In this document: piece after piece, positions 18,281 through 28,577 of the stretch
How the letters are laid out: each line of letters opens with the position of its first letter
Position numbering within the stretch: position 1 is the stretch's first letter
Virus record (IMG/VR): IMGVR_UViG_3300010365_001248
Span: 1-64,000 of that record
Length of the DNA: 64,000 nucleotides
From: a virus
Lineage: Duplodnaviria; Caudoviricetes
Strand: one strand, 5' to 3'
The notes under the pieces: generated by a model
What the model was told of the DNA's origin: nothing
Databases searched by the model: none
Seen by the model: the letters and a program-made list of their open reading frames with translations, nothing else
Made by a program: the position numbers and the translations under genes

Positions 18281-18490
18281 ATGAGCACAATTGAAGAAAA
18301 AATAGCCATAATGCAAGCTTTTGCTGATGGCAAAAAAATTGAAATTTATAATAAACGTTTAAAAAAATGGGAAGATATAGAAGACCCACATTGGGATTGG
18401 ATGGATTCCGAATATCGAATAAAAAAAGTTTCAGAATATCGTCCTTATACTTTTGATGACTATGCCTACGGCTATTTATACAGCTTTTGA
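18281..18490 (+). CDS. Small phage protein (possibly truncated)
   Basis: IMQAFADGKKIE...W.W...EYRIK is a common phage motif; downstream sequence looks like gene fragments. Confidence 0.6.
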   Translation: MSTIEEKIAIMQAFADGKKIEIYNKRLKKWEDIEDPHWDWMDSEYRIKKVSEYRPYTFDDYAYGYLYSF

Positions 18491-18715
18491 AGATGATTGG
18501 GAAGAAATTCTATCTAAAAGATCTTCTGATTATAGAAAAGCAGAAAAAGGTGGCTATGTTATTGCAAAAAATCTGGTATAATTTCTAATATTAAAAATCT
18601 TTATCCAGTAGGTTCTCCTATAAGTATAAAAGATGGTCGTTGTGGATTCGAAACTTTATTAACTGATTATACTTGGTTAGATTGGAGTCCTTGTGGCATT
18701 AAAAATTAATTATTT

Positions 18716-19177
18716 ATGGAAAATAAAAGAAAGCCTTTTAATACTAATAATTTTATCAGTAATGAAGAAACTCCAGTAGAAACTAAAAATGGACATAAAG
18801 TATTTATTCATACAACAAATAGAATAAATGATAAATCTAGTTTTTATCAAGTAGTTGGAGAAGTTGTATATGAAGATAATTCATGGGGTCTTTATTGGTG
18901 GTCAAAAGAAGGAAAATTTGAACCAACTGAGGATAGTAATAGAGATCTTGTATTTTCAGTAAAAAAGACTACAAGAAGAATGACTAATTATGAATTATCT
19001 TATTGGTTAAAAGAAAAATCTGGAGAACACAGAGAATGGAAAAGAGAACATACTATTAATGTTTGTTCTTTTTATGTTTATAAAGAAGAAGATCAAGATG
19101 ATGAATGTGATAAAGATATTTTTATCCGATCTAATAAAGGTGAATGGAGAAAACCCCTAATTGTATTTGAAGAATAA
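18716..19177 (+). CDS. Hypothetical protein
   Basis: ORF track. Confidence 0.7.
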   Translation: MENKRKPFNTNNFISNEETPVETKNGHKVFIHTTNRINDKSSFYQVVGEVVYEDNSWGLYWWSKEGKFEPTEDSNRDLVFSVKKTTRRMTNYELSYWLKEKSGEHREWKREHTINVCSFYVYKEEDQDDECDKDIFIRSNKGEWRKPLIVFEE

Positions 19178-19510
19178 ATACTATGAAGAAAGCTATTTGT
19201 AGTGTAATAGTAAAAGAATAAAATAAAATAATAAAATATAATTATGTATAAAGTAGTAAATATCATAGATAATTCTATTTATGGGGAATATGAAACCTAT
19301 TTAGAAGCTTTAAAAATAATTGAAGAATTATACGATTCCTATATTTCTACTACCAGTATTAAAATTTCCAAAATTTTCGTTATTAGCCCTTATTAAAAAT
19401 CAACTTAAAATAATAGCTGAAAATGATAGAGAACATATCATACAAAAAATTAATGAAAAAAAGAGAGAAATAACTGAATTAGAAAAGAAATTAAATAAAA
19501 ATAATTAGCT

Positions 19511-20554
19511 ATGATAGGTTATAAAGCATTTGATGAAAATCTTTGTTGTAGAGGTTTTCAATTTGAGATAGGTAAAACCTACACGAAAGATGTAAAAAAA
19601 GAAGATATGCAAATATGTTCTAACACAGTCTTTCATTTTTGTCGTGAATTTTATGAAATAGAAAAATGCTCAGATTATCAATTAATAAAGAGTAGAATAT
19701 GTGAAGTAATTGCTGGAGATGTTGTACAAAATGGAAGTAAATATGGAACTAATTCTATTACAATATTAAGAGAAATTGTAGGAGAAGAAAAAAATAATCT
19801 GATTAATTCTGGTTATAGAAATTCTGGTTGTAATAATTCTGGAAATTATAATACTGGTGATTTTAATTCTGGTCATAAAAATACTGGTAACGAAAATTCT
19901 GGAAATTTTAATACTGGTAGTAGAAATATAGGTAATGAAAATTCTGGAAGATATAATTCAGGTTATAAAAATACTGGAGATAAAAATTATGGTAATTATA
20001 ATTCAGGTGATTATAATATAGGTACACATAATACAGGTACTTATAATAGCGGTAATGGAAATACAGGAAATTTTAATAAAGGCAATTATAATTCTGGAGA
20101 CTATAATTTAGGAGGTTGGAATAATGGTTCCCATAATTATGGTAATGATAATACGGGTAGTAGAAATTCAGGTAACTACAATGTAGGAAGTTGGAATTTA
20201 GGAAATTATAATTCTGGTAATTTAAATACAAATGAACCTCCATTTCGTATTTTTAATAAAGAAACTAAAATACGAAGAGAAGATATTCAATATCCTGATT
20301 TCTTTTTCTTTAAATTAACACAATTCATTACATATGATGACGCTACAAGTGAAGAAAGAAGAATTTATAAAGAAGAACTTGAAACTTGTGGAGGATTTAC
20401 AAAATCTCTATATTATAAAACAGCTTGGAGAAAAAGTTGGAATGAAGCTAGTGATGATGATAGAAGAAAAGTATTACAGTTGCCTAACTGGGATAATGAA
20501 ATTTTTAAAGAAATTTCAGGAATTGATGTGGAAAAAGAGTTAGGAATAATATGA
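19511..20554 (+). CDS. NSG-type pentapeptide-repeat protein, copy 1
   Basis: GYKAFD..L.CRGFQFE.GK N-domain, a long N(S/T)Gxx repeat tract, and an LPNWD.EIFKEISGID tail. Confidence 0.9.
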   Translation: MIGYKAFDENLCCRGFQFEIGKTYTKDVKKEDMQICSNTVFHFCREFYEIEKCSDYQLIKSRICEVIAGDVVQNGSKYGTNSITILREIVGEEKNNLINSGYRNSGCNNSGNYNTGDFNSGHKNTGNENSGNFNTGSRNIGNENSGRYNSGYKNTGDKNYGNYNSGDYNIGTHNTGTYNSGNGNTGNFNKGNYNSGDYNLGGWNNGSHNYGNDNTGSRNSGNYNVGSWNLGNYNSGNLNTNEPPFRIFNKETKIRREDIQYPDFFFFKLTQFITYDDATSEERRIYKEELETCGGFTKSLYYKTAWRKSWNEASDDDRRKVLQLPNWDNEIFKEISGIDVEKELGII

Positions 20555-20585
20555 CACAGAAGAAAAAAACTAAAAATACAAAAAC

Positions 20586-21560
20586 ATGATAGGATACAAA
20601 GCATTTGACAAAGATTTGAAATGTAGAGGATTTCAATTCGAAGTAGGCAAGATCTACACAAAGGATGTTAAGAAAAAGGACATGAAGCTGTGTTCTGATA
20701 CAGTGTTTCATTTCTGTAGAGAACTCTTTCAAATTGAAAGAAGTTCCAATTATAAGCTGTCTGAAAGCCGTATATGCGAGGTTATCGCAGGAGAGGATGT
20801 AATTGGTGATAATGGCAAGTATGGGACAAATTCTCTAATGATACTAAGAGAGATAGTAGGAGACGAGAAGGATGCATTAATCAATTCGGGAGACGGGAAT
20901 TCGGGAGACTGGAATTCAGGAGACTGTAATTCGGGAAACAGGAATTCGGGAAACTGTAATTCGGGAAACTGGAATTCAGGAGGCGGGAATTCGGGAAACA
21001 GGAATTCGGGAAACAGGAATTTGGGAAACAGGAATTCAGGAAACAGGAATTCGGGAAACTGGAATACGGGCAGCAGTAATACGGGAGACTGGAATTCGGG
21101 AGACGGGAATACGGGAAACTGGAATTCGGGAAACAGGAATTCGGGAGACTGGAATTCGGGAGACTGGAATTCAGGAGACTGTAATTCGGGAAACTGGAAT
21201 TCGGGAAACTGGAATTCGGGAAACTTAAACAGCACTGAGGCTCCATTTCGTATTTTTAATAAAGAAACTGATGTGTATAGAGACAGCGTTGTTTATCCAA
21301 ACTTCTTCTATTTCAATAAGACATCGTTTGTCAGCTATGATACAGCGAGGGACTGGGAGCGAAAGAGATACAAAAATGAAATCGAGGTGTGTGGAGGTTT
21401 CTGGAGAAAGCTTGAATACAAAGAAGCCTGGAGAAAAAGTTGGAATGAAGCTAGTGATGAGGATAGAAGAAAAGTATTACAGTTGCCTAACTGGGATAAT
21501 GAAATTTTTAAAGAAATTTCAGGAATTGATGTGGAAAAAGAGTTAGGAATAACTAAATAA
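20586..21560 (+). CDS. NSG-type pentapeptide-repeat protein, copy 2
   Basis: Same architecture; repeats encoded by near-identical 15-bp units (AATTCGGGAAACTGG). Confidence 0.9.
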   Translation: MIGYKAFDKDLKCRGFQFEVGKIYTKDVKKKDMKLCSDTVFHFCRELFQIERSSNYKLSESRICEVIAGEDVIGDNGKYGTNSLMILREIVGDEKDALINSGDGNSGDWNSGDCNSGNRNSGNCNSGNWNSGGGNSGNRNSGNRNLGNRNSGNRNSGNWNTGSSNTGDWNSGDGNTGNWNSGNRNSGDWNSGDWNSGDCNSGNWNSGNWNSGNLNSTEAPFRIFNKETDVYRDSVVYPNFFYFNKTSFVSYDTARDWERKRYKNEIEVCGGFWRKLEYKEAWRKSWNEASDEDRRKVLQLPNWDNEIFKEISGIDVEKELGITK

Positions 21561-21758
21561 AATTAAAAATGGTGACTTTATTAATCTTTATACCAGTCAA
21601 TATACAAGGAACAGTTTACCATCAAACTGTAAACCTGGCAAAGTTTGCTTCCATGTATATATTATTAGTATTTACAGTTATTGCAATATCACTGCTTGTT
21701 ACTAGTATACAAGAATTAAATGGAAAGCACGCAAATCTTTTGGTTAAAAAATTAAACT

Positions 21759-22151
21759 ATGATCAAAACAAGTGAATTAATGTTAGGTGATTTTATTCAC
21801 CTAACAGATGGACAAATAGCACAAGTTATTGCTATTGATATATTAGGTAATATTGATGTTGAGTTTGTAGAAGAAGGTGTTCTTAATCGTATTAGAGCAC
21901 ATGAAGAAGATATTCATCCGATTCGACTATCAGAATATTTTTTTCTAATTAATGGATTTACTAGACAATTTCATTCTGCTGATAAAATTGATTATTTTAT
22001 ACAAGATTTTGTAATAAGTAGAGATGGATTTAATGATTTCTGGTTTCATATTGGTAATGATAAATATATAATGATAAATTATATTCATCAATTTCAACAT
22101 ATTCTTAAATCATTAAAAATATATGATATTTCTGAAAAATTAAAAATCTAA
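21759..22151 (+). CDS. Hypothetical phage protein
   Basis: ELMLGD...PIRLSE..F..NGF...YIHQFQHIL is a common Bacteroidetes-phage pattern. Confidence 0.7.
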   Translation: MIKTSELMLGDFIHLTDGQIAQVIAIDILGNIDVEFVEEGVLNRIRAHEEDIHPIRLSEYFFLINGFTRQFHSADKIDYFIQDFVISRDGFNDFWFHIGNDKYIMINYIHQFQHILKSLKIYDISEKLKI

Positions 22152-22155
22152 TAAA

Positions 22156-22776
22156 ATGGAAAATCTAAATTTAATTGAAATTTTAAAAAATGTTCCAAAA
22201 GGAACAAAGCTCTACTCGCCTATTTTTGGAGAGTGTGAATTAAATGTAGTTTCAGACAATTTTATTTGTGTATCGGGTAAACATGGAGGATATTTATATA
22301 AAGATGGAACTTATTACGAAGGTTGTGGTGAATGTCTTTTATTTCCATCTAAAGAAAATCGAGATTGGTCTACTTTTAAAATTGAAAAAGAAGATTTTTC
22401 AGTTGGAGATTATGTAAAAGTTAAATCATCAGATAAAGTTTATCTAATAAAACAGATAAAAGAAACAGGAGTTTTAGTATCAGATATTATTAATTCTTCA
22501 AATGATTTTGAATTTCCTATAGATAAATCTATTATATCTGAAAAAGTGACTAAATTTGATCCTAAATGGTTAAAACCATTTGATAGAATACTAGTACGTA
22601 ATGAAGATTCAACTATTTGGATAGCAACTTTGTTTTCTCATATAGATAATAAAGAACAAAGTTCTTATGTTACTATTGATGGATTTCTTAGAAAATTTTG
22701 TATCCCATTTAATGCAGAAACAAAACATTTAGTAGGAACATCAGATGAGGAGCCAGAATTTTATAGAATTTATTAA
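22156..22776 (+). CDS. Hypothetical phage protein
   Basis: EILKNVPKGTKLYSPIFG, ECLLFPSKENRDWS and KPFDRILVR motifs. Confidence 0.8.
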   Translation: MENLNLIEILKNVPKGTKLYSPIFGECELNVVSDNFICVSGKHGGYLYKDGTYYEGCGECLLFPSKENRDWSTFKIEKEDFSVGDYVKVKSSDKVYLIKQIKETGVLVSDIINSSNDFEFPIDKSIISEKVTKFDPKWLKPFDRILVRNEDSTIWIATLFSHIDNKEQSSYVTIDGFLRKFCIPFNAETKHLVGTSDEEPEFYRIY

Positions 22777-22781
22777 CTAAT

Positions 22782-22891
22782 CTTTTTCATTTTAATAAAA
22801 GCAGGATGAAAAATATCATTGATAAGCAGTAAGTAGAAGTACTATTAAATACAATGATATTTTTCATCCTGCTTTTATTAAAATGAAAAAG
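22782..22891. repeat. Perfect 40-bp inverted repeat with 30-nt spacer
   Basis: 22782-22821 is the exact reverse complement of 22852-22891. Confidence 0.95.
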
Positions 22892-23023
22892 TTTTGATAC
22901 TGATTTACGAGGATTTGTAGATGATATTGTTTATGAAATAGGTAATTATTTTTAGATAAAGGAAGAAGTTGAAAAATATATAGAAAAATTTTGTGAATTT
23001 TTTAAAAAAATTAAAGGTAAATA

Positions 23024-23260
23024 ATGAAAGAACAGTTAAATAATGCAATTATAATAGTAGTAGCTATAATATTTATTTTTTTTGGATTTGCTTTATTTTT
23101 TAGTCTCATTAAAAGTTGTATTGATGAGGAAAAAATGGTAGTAAAACACATTAGCGGATATGATGTTGTAGAGCTTGAGGATGGTCATTGGTATTTGAGA
23201 GGTAATAGAAATGCTTTAGATCATTATATTGAATGCCCTAAATGTAATAAAAAAGAATGA
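23024..23260 (+). CDS. Small membrane protein with C-terminal H...CPKC
   Basis: ORF track; N-terminal TM segment. Confidence 0.65.
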   Translation: MKEQLNNAIIIVVAIIFIFFGFALFFSLIKSCIDEEKMVVKHISGYDVVELEDGHWYLRGNRNALDHYIECPKCNKKE

Positions 23261-23458
23261 AAATAGTCCTTTTTCTTCAAGTGAATTAGGCGTAGCAGAA
23301 GATTGGGAAAATTCTTCCACTTGTCCTTGGTAATTTTATTATTATAAATACTTCTAGAAGAATAATTTCTAGAAATATTTAATTTTATTAAATCAGTTCA
23401 ATTTTAGATTTAGAAAAAATTTCTAAAAATTATTCTTCGAATAAAAATTATTAAATAA

Positions 23459-24127
23459 ATGGCAGCAATTGATAAATTTTATAGTTCTGATAAAGAACTA
23501 GTTAAAAAAATTTTAACTAAAATAGCTCAATATGATAAAGTATTTATATGTACTTATTTAGGACATGATTTTTATTTTAATCCTAATAATTATTTATATA
23601 TAAAATTACAGGATATAGATGATCTAGATTGGTCTCGAAAATGTCCTATTTGGAATAGTCCTACTTATATGGATAAATGGCTTTATGAAAATTTTCAAGA
23701 ATTTCCAGAAGTTATTCAAGATATAAAGGAAAAATACAATATAGAATATTCTAATGCTTATATAAAAAAGAGCCTATTTAGCAATGTAAATAGTTCTAAT
23801 TCAATATTTTCTTTAGAAGAATTACCTATAGGAAAACATTTTAAAATAATTAAAAAACCTCATAGGATGTTTAATAGACTACCTTGTAAAGGACGTCTTA
23901 TTTTACAGATATGGTCTGATGAATATTATTGGTATAATGAAAATATAGATGATTTTGTTCCAGGAAATTTACCATGTACATCTAGTGCAGTTTTTCTTAA
24001 ATATGATTATGTTAATAAACATACTATTAAAAAGATAGTAGAAAAATATAATTTTCCTATAGGAACAACAATTCATTTAGATGGTAAATACGTGGATCAG
24101 GATTGGTTTATTCGAATTAAAAAGTAA
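23459..24127 (+). CDS. Hypothetical protein
   Basis: ORF track, 222 aa. Confidence 0.75.
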   Translation: MAAIDKFYSSDKELVKKILTKIAQYDKVFICTYLGHDFYFNPNNYLYIKLQDIDDLDWSRKCPIWNSPTYMDKWLYENFQEFPEVIQDIKEKYNIEYSNAYIKKSLFSNVNSSNSIFSLEELPIGKHFKIIKKPHRMFNRLPCKGRLILQIWSDEYYWYNENIDDFVPGNLPCTSSAVFLKYDYVNKHTIKKIVEKYNFPIGTTIHLDGKYVDQDWFIRIKK

Positions 24128-24189
24128 ATTTTAAATTAAAATATTATGATTTTCCTTTATTTATCATTAATTTCTTTAGGTAGTACAAA

Positions 24190-24624
24190 ATGATGAATAG
24201 TATAGAACAATTAGAACAAGAAAAAAAGAAATTACAAGAATCTATAGATGAAATTAATAGAGAAATTACTAAAAATAAATTTCAAATAACTTCAGAAAAA
24301 TTAAATCCTATTCTACCAATAATCCAAGATTCTTTAAAAAATTTTCTTTTAATACAAACTAGTGAAAATTCTTATGTAATTCATAAAGTAGTTTCTTATT
24401 CTTCAATAGAAAATGTTTTTGGACAAGCAACTTTGACTATTCAGACAAAATTTAGTTTATATAAATATAGTTCAGGTGATATTTCATTAAAACCAGAAGC
24501 ATCTCAACGTCGAATTGAGGCGAATCTATATTTTGATTTTCCAAAGTATTCTATACTTTCTAAAAAAGAATTTGATCAATTATTAAAAAATATTATTAAA
24601 GAATCTTTATCATGTATCAAGTAA
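24190..24624 (+). CDS. Hypothetical protein with N-terminal coiled coil
   Basis: ORF track. Confidence 0.7.
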   Translation: MMNSIEQLEQEKKKLQESIDEINREITKNKFQITSEKLNPILPIIQDSLKNFLLIQTSENSYVIHKVVSYSSIENVFGQATLTIQTKFSLYKYSSGDISLKPEASQRRIEANLYFDFPKYSILSKKEFDQLLKNIIKESLSCIK

Positions 24625-24742
24625 TTTTTAAAGAAACTGAAGAAAAAATGTTTGAATCTAAAGAAAAGTATCAAGCAGAAATTTATAGAAATACTTGTAA
24701 TTATCCTTATTTGTATAAAATAATATATATTAATATTTAATT

Positions 24743-25180
24743 ATGGAGTCTTCAATTTTAGAAAAAGTTAATAACTTTTTGAAATTAGCTATAAAACAAA
24801 ATGAGCCTTCTATTATTATTTTCAGAGAAATTTTGAGTAGATTTACTATCTATCAAAAATCTTTTGAAAATATTAAAAATCCTTTTAATGACAAGATAGC
24901 TATTAAATTAATTAATAAAATTAAAAAAGAACATGAGGAAACTATTTCTTTTTTTAAACCTGATTCTGCTAATTATCAATCTGAAAAACTTTATTTAGAT
25001 ATTCTAAATGAGTTATTACCAGAACCAGCTTCTAAAGAAGAAATGGAAAACTATGCTAAAGAATTAATTGAAATTAATGATAAAAATATGAGTAAATTAA
25101 TTAAATTAATGCAAAATAAATTTCCTGTTAATTCAGGAAAAGATATTTCTGATATTATTAAATTACTTATTAATGACTGA
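24743..25180 (+). CDS. GatB/YqeY-like protein
   Basis: 145 aa helical protein with E..IL.ELLPEPASKEE and GKDISDIIK, fitting the YqeY pattern. Confidence 0.55.
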   Translation: MESSILEKVNNFLKLAIKQNEPSIIIFREILSRFTIYQKSFENIKNPFNDKIAIKLINKIKKEHEETISFFKPDSANYQSEKLYLDILNELLPEPASKEEMENYAKELIEINDKNMSKLIKLMQNKFPVNSGKDISDIIKLLIND

Positions 25181-25478
25181 TTTAGAAAAAGCAGCTTTAA
25201 AATACCAAAATGATTTAAGAATTTGTAAGATATATAGAGAAAGTTATAATAAAGGAGATTATGCAATTGTAACTGTAGATTTAAAAAATAAAACAGTTAA
25301 AGCTTCTACTGAAAATGCTGCTCTCCAATTACGTAATGAATGTGTAATAGATGAAGATTTTCCTAAAGTTAATATTACATACCCTATTAATGGTTCTTAT
25401 GGATTATGGTCAATTTTAAATTTGTTTAATACTACTAAAGGAGGGGAATTAATATTATTAACTTATATTAATTATTAA
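25173..25478 (+). CDS. Hypothetical protein
   Basis: ORF track. Confidence 0.6.
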   Translation: MTDLEKAALKYQNDLRICKIYRESYNKGDYAIVTVDLKNKTVKASTENAALQLRNECVIDEDFPKVNITYPINGSYGLWSILNLFNTTKGGELILLTYINY

Positions 25479-25486
25479 AATTAATT

Positions 25487-26125
25487 ATGAAGGCTCTTGA
25501 AGAAATATGCATGAATCAGCTAGAGTACTTAGGGTTTCCTTATACTAAAAAGTTTTATTTTACTAAAGAAGTCAGAGGTTTTTTAGAAAGTATTATTACA
25601 TTTAATTTAAAAAAATTTAAAGAAAGTACTTTATTTTTAGGAGAAGAAAATGATCTTGGTTATTATGAATTAGGAGATATTAAATATAAATGGATAAAAA
25701 ATAGTACACATATTTTTAAAATTGATAGTTTAAATTTAGAAGTTAAACGTCATGAAAATGGAGGACTATCTTTTGAAAGCTTTTTATATTTAAAAAATCT
25801 TGATTTAAAAGTAATTCAAGCAAAAATATTAGATTATTTAAAAGCTAAAGAAAATGAAATTTATCTAAAAGTTGAAATTTTTAAACAATTATCATTTTTA
25901 AAAGATTGTCATTTTAAATTTGATAATACTTATCTTAATATTACAAAAAATTATTCTCCTAATATTAAAGTAAAAATGACTATTTATATAGCTCATATTC
26001 TTTTAACTTCTATACAAGCATTTGAAGAATTAGAACAACATTTACCTGCAATTTGTCATCATTATACTTCTTATGCTGTATATTTTCATTATGATCCAAA
26101 TGTTCACAAATTCGTCTTCAACTGA
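25487..26125 (+). CDS. Paralog array member 1 of 4
   Basis: HENGGLSFESFLYLKNLD motif. Confidence 0.75.
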   Translation: MKALEEICMNQLEYLGFPYTKKFYFTKEVRGFLESIITFNLKKFKESTLFLGEENDLGYYELGDIKYKWIKNSTHIFKIDSLNLEVKRHENGGLSFESFLYLKNLDLKVIQAKILDYLKAKENEIYLKVEIFKQLSFLKDCHFKFDNTYLNITKNYSPNIKVKMTIYIAHILLTSIQAFEELEQHLPAICHHYTSYAVYFHYDPNVHKFVFN

Positions 26126-26768
26126 TATTTTAGATTTTAAATCTTATTATATTAAAAGAATCAGTGATTATTCTTATAATAATATGCATGAATCTTTTGA
26201 TACTTTTTTTCAAACATATCTAAAATTTATTTGGGAAGTTACTCCTAATAAAACTAAAGAAACTAAAAAATTATTAGACGCTATAAAAATTTCAGATAAT
26301 ACCTATGAATTTCCTAGTTTTTATTATGTTTTTGAAGGTAAATCAATACATATTATAAAAAGTAAAAAAGATTGGCAAAAGATTTTTTCAGTACGTACAG
26401 TAGGAGGAATAACTTTTCGTCTTTTTCTATATTTAAATTCTTTAAATATAGAAGAATTGAAACTTTTTTATGAAACTAAAGAACAAGAACGTTTTAGTAA
26501 AACTCAAAATGAATTAGATAGGTTATTAAATTCAGAATTGTGTTTAAAGATACCTTATTCATTACAAAAATCACTAACTTTTTGTGATTTGTGTTTTGAT
26601 TATATGGAACATCGTATTCATATAGCTTTATATTACTCAGAATTAGCTCAAATTTCTGTAAATATATTTGATTCTCTTTATAATGATTTACCTATGTTAA
26701 TAAATTATTTTGATAGAAAAGATTTACGTTTTTATTGGAAAAATAATTCTCAACTTATGTTATGGTAA
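26073..26768 (+). CDS. Paralog array member 2 of 4
   Basis: RTVGGITFRLFLYLNSLN motif. Confidence 0.75.
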   Translation: MLYIFIMIQMFTNSSSTDILDFKSYYIKRISDYSYNNMHESFDTFFQTYLKFIWEVTPNKTKETKKLLDAIKISDNTYEFPSFYYVFEGKSIHIIKSKKDWQKIFSVRTVGGITFRLFLYLNSLNIEELKLFYETKEQERFSKTQNELDRLLNSELCLKIPYSLQKSLTFCDLCFDYMEHRIHIALYYSELAQISVNIFDSLYNDLPMLINYFDRKDLRFYWKNNSQLMLW

Positions 26769-27430
26769 CATTTTTAGAATATATAAAAACTATAAATACT
26801 GATAAAAATATTTTTTCAGAAAATTATATAAGTAATGCTTTAAGCCAATATTTAGTTTCTTTTTTAAAATTTCAAGATAGAAAATTTAAAATAACTGAAT
26901 CTTTTTTAAAACCTTATTTAATAAATCAGAGAAATAAAGTAAAAGAATATAAATTAGGAAATATTTTTTATAAAACTAATAAAACTTGGCATGATTTTTA
27001 TTTTAAAAATTCTAAAACTAATACACGAGAAACAATAGGACAAATTTATCATTATGGAAGTTTAACACTAGAAACTTGCATACTTTTAAAATCTTTAAAT
27101 TTATTAAAAGAAGTGAGAGAAGTTGAACGAATTTTTTCTAATTATAAAAAACAAGTAAATCATAAAATTTATGAAATAGAAGGTATTTTTGCTAAAAATA
27201 ATTTTTTAATTACAAAGAAAAGTGTAAATTCTTTAGGATGGGTACAATTTTATCTTTCTTATGATTCAATAACTATTTTCTTTGAAATATTTTGGGAAGG
27301 TTTACTACGTATGCCAATAAAAATTTTAACTAAATTTTTAAAAAAGTTTCCTATAGTTCTTGATTGTTTTTCATCTCATTATATTTACATTTTTTATGAT
27401 ACTGAATCAAATAAAATATTTTTTAGATAA
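26762..27430 (+). CDS. Paralog array member 3 of 4
   Basis: IYHYGSLTLETCILLKSLN motif. Confidence 0.75.
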   Translation: MVTFLEYIKTINTDKNIFSENYISNALSQYLVSFLKFQDRKFKITESFLKPYLINQRNKVKEYKLGNIFYKTNKTWHDFYFKNSKTNTRETIGQIYHYGSLTLETCILLKSLNLLKEVREVERIFSNYKKQVNHKIYEIEGIFAKNNFLITKKSVNSLGWVQFYLSYDSITIFFEIFWEGLLRMPIKILTKFLKKFPIVLDCFSSHYIYIFYDTESNKIFFR

Positions 27431-27433
27431 ACT

Positions 27434-28090
27434 ATGAGATCTTATTTAGAATATTTTCAAGAATCTTATGCTAATTATTCTCCTTATTCACAATTAAATC
27501 AAAAAGATATTTTAGGAAATTATTTAGCTAATTGTCTTCAATTTTATGATAAAAAAACTAAATCCAGTGAAGTTTTTTTACAAAATTGTTTACAATCTAC
27601 AACTAAAAATCTTAAAACTTATAAAATAGGAAATTTTATTTATCAATGGTCAGGAAAATCCGATCATAGCTTTTATTATGATGATAATAGTTATTTAGCT
27701 ACTATATATCATTATGGAGGATTAAAGTTAGAATCTTTTTTAATTTTACAAAATTTTGATGTAGATAAAGAATTTAAAGAGGCTTTAAATTGGTATGATT
27801 CAATTAAACAAGAATTTAAAATAAAAGAAAAAGAATTTTATGATTCAGCCTTTTTTAAATTTTTTCATTTAAAAATATCAACTTGTTGTAAGACATTAGA
27901 GTTTGAGGGTTCTTTTAGAGATATTAAAATTTATTTTAAAATTTCTTGGATAGAACTTTTAACATTTTCTGATTCAAAGTGTGAAGAATTTTTAAAAGAA
28001 TTTTCTACTATCTGTAAGTATGTTAAAACTGATTTGACTTTAAGGATAATATATGAAAATAATTCTCCAAAAATTTATATGTTATACTGA
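27434..28090 (+). CDS. Paralog array member 4 of 4
   Basis: IYHYGGLKLESFLILQNFD motif. Confidence 0.75.
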   Translation: MRSYLEYFQESYANYSPYSQLNQKDILGNYLANCLQFYDKKTKSSEVFLQNCLQSTTKNLKTYKIGNFIYQWSGKSDHSFYYDDNSYLATIYHYGGLKLESFLILQNFDVDKEFKEALNWYDSIKQEFKIKEKEFYDSAFFKFFHLKISTCCKTLEFEGSFRDIKIYFKISWIELLTFSDSKCEEFLKEFSTICKYVKTDLTLRIIYENNSPKIYMLY

Positions 28091-28144
28091 TGGAGCACAG
28101 TCTTGTGGTTCTGCTGGAATTGGTTTGGTTTTTGTGTTAGAAAA
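28077..28144. repeat. 68-bp direct repeat of the RNase H gene start (second copy 29614-29681)
   Basis: ATATGTTATACTGATGGAGCACAG...GTGTTAGAAAA is identical at both loci. Confidence 0.95.
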
Positions 28145-28173
28145 ATAATTAGTCTTTTTTAATAATTAATTCT

Positions 28174-28569
28174 ATGAAAACAATAGGTATTCAAGTTAAA
28201 AGTAATCAATTACTTATTCTGGTAATTGAAAATGGGGCAGAAATTGATAGATTTTCAACTACTTTTGATGATCTAGAAACTTTTTTTAAAAAATATTTAG
28301 ATCATAAAGAACATTCTAAAATATTATTTTTAGAAAATAATAAAGCAGAAATTGAAAATTTATTTAATTTAGGTATTCAACAAAATTTAATTGATCAATC
28401 TGATTTGAAAAAATTGGCTGATATTTCTACAGATTGGCAATTTGGGTTGCATGATTTTATTGAAGATAAATGGATTTTCGGTCCTGAAAATTTTCAATTT
28501 AAAGAATTAGGATTACTCCTTGCTGCTTATTGTTATGATTTAGATAAAACTCGTATTTATTTTAATTAA
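28174..28569 (+). CDS. Hypothetical protein
   Basis: ORF track. Confidence 0.65.
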   Translation: MKTIGIQVKSNQLLILVIENGAEIDRFSTTFDDLETFFKKYLDHKEHSKILFLENNKAEIENLFNLGIQQNLIDQSDLKKLADISTDWQFGLHDFIEDKWIFGPENFQFKELGLLLAAYCYDLDKTRIYFN

Positions 28570-28577
28570 AATTTATT

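Noticed and set aside
20334-21546. Alternative-frame and antisense ORFs (PEFQF and SSFPN repeats)
   Set aside because: By-products of the 15-bp repeats and the duplicated 3' ends of the pentapeptide genes.
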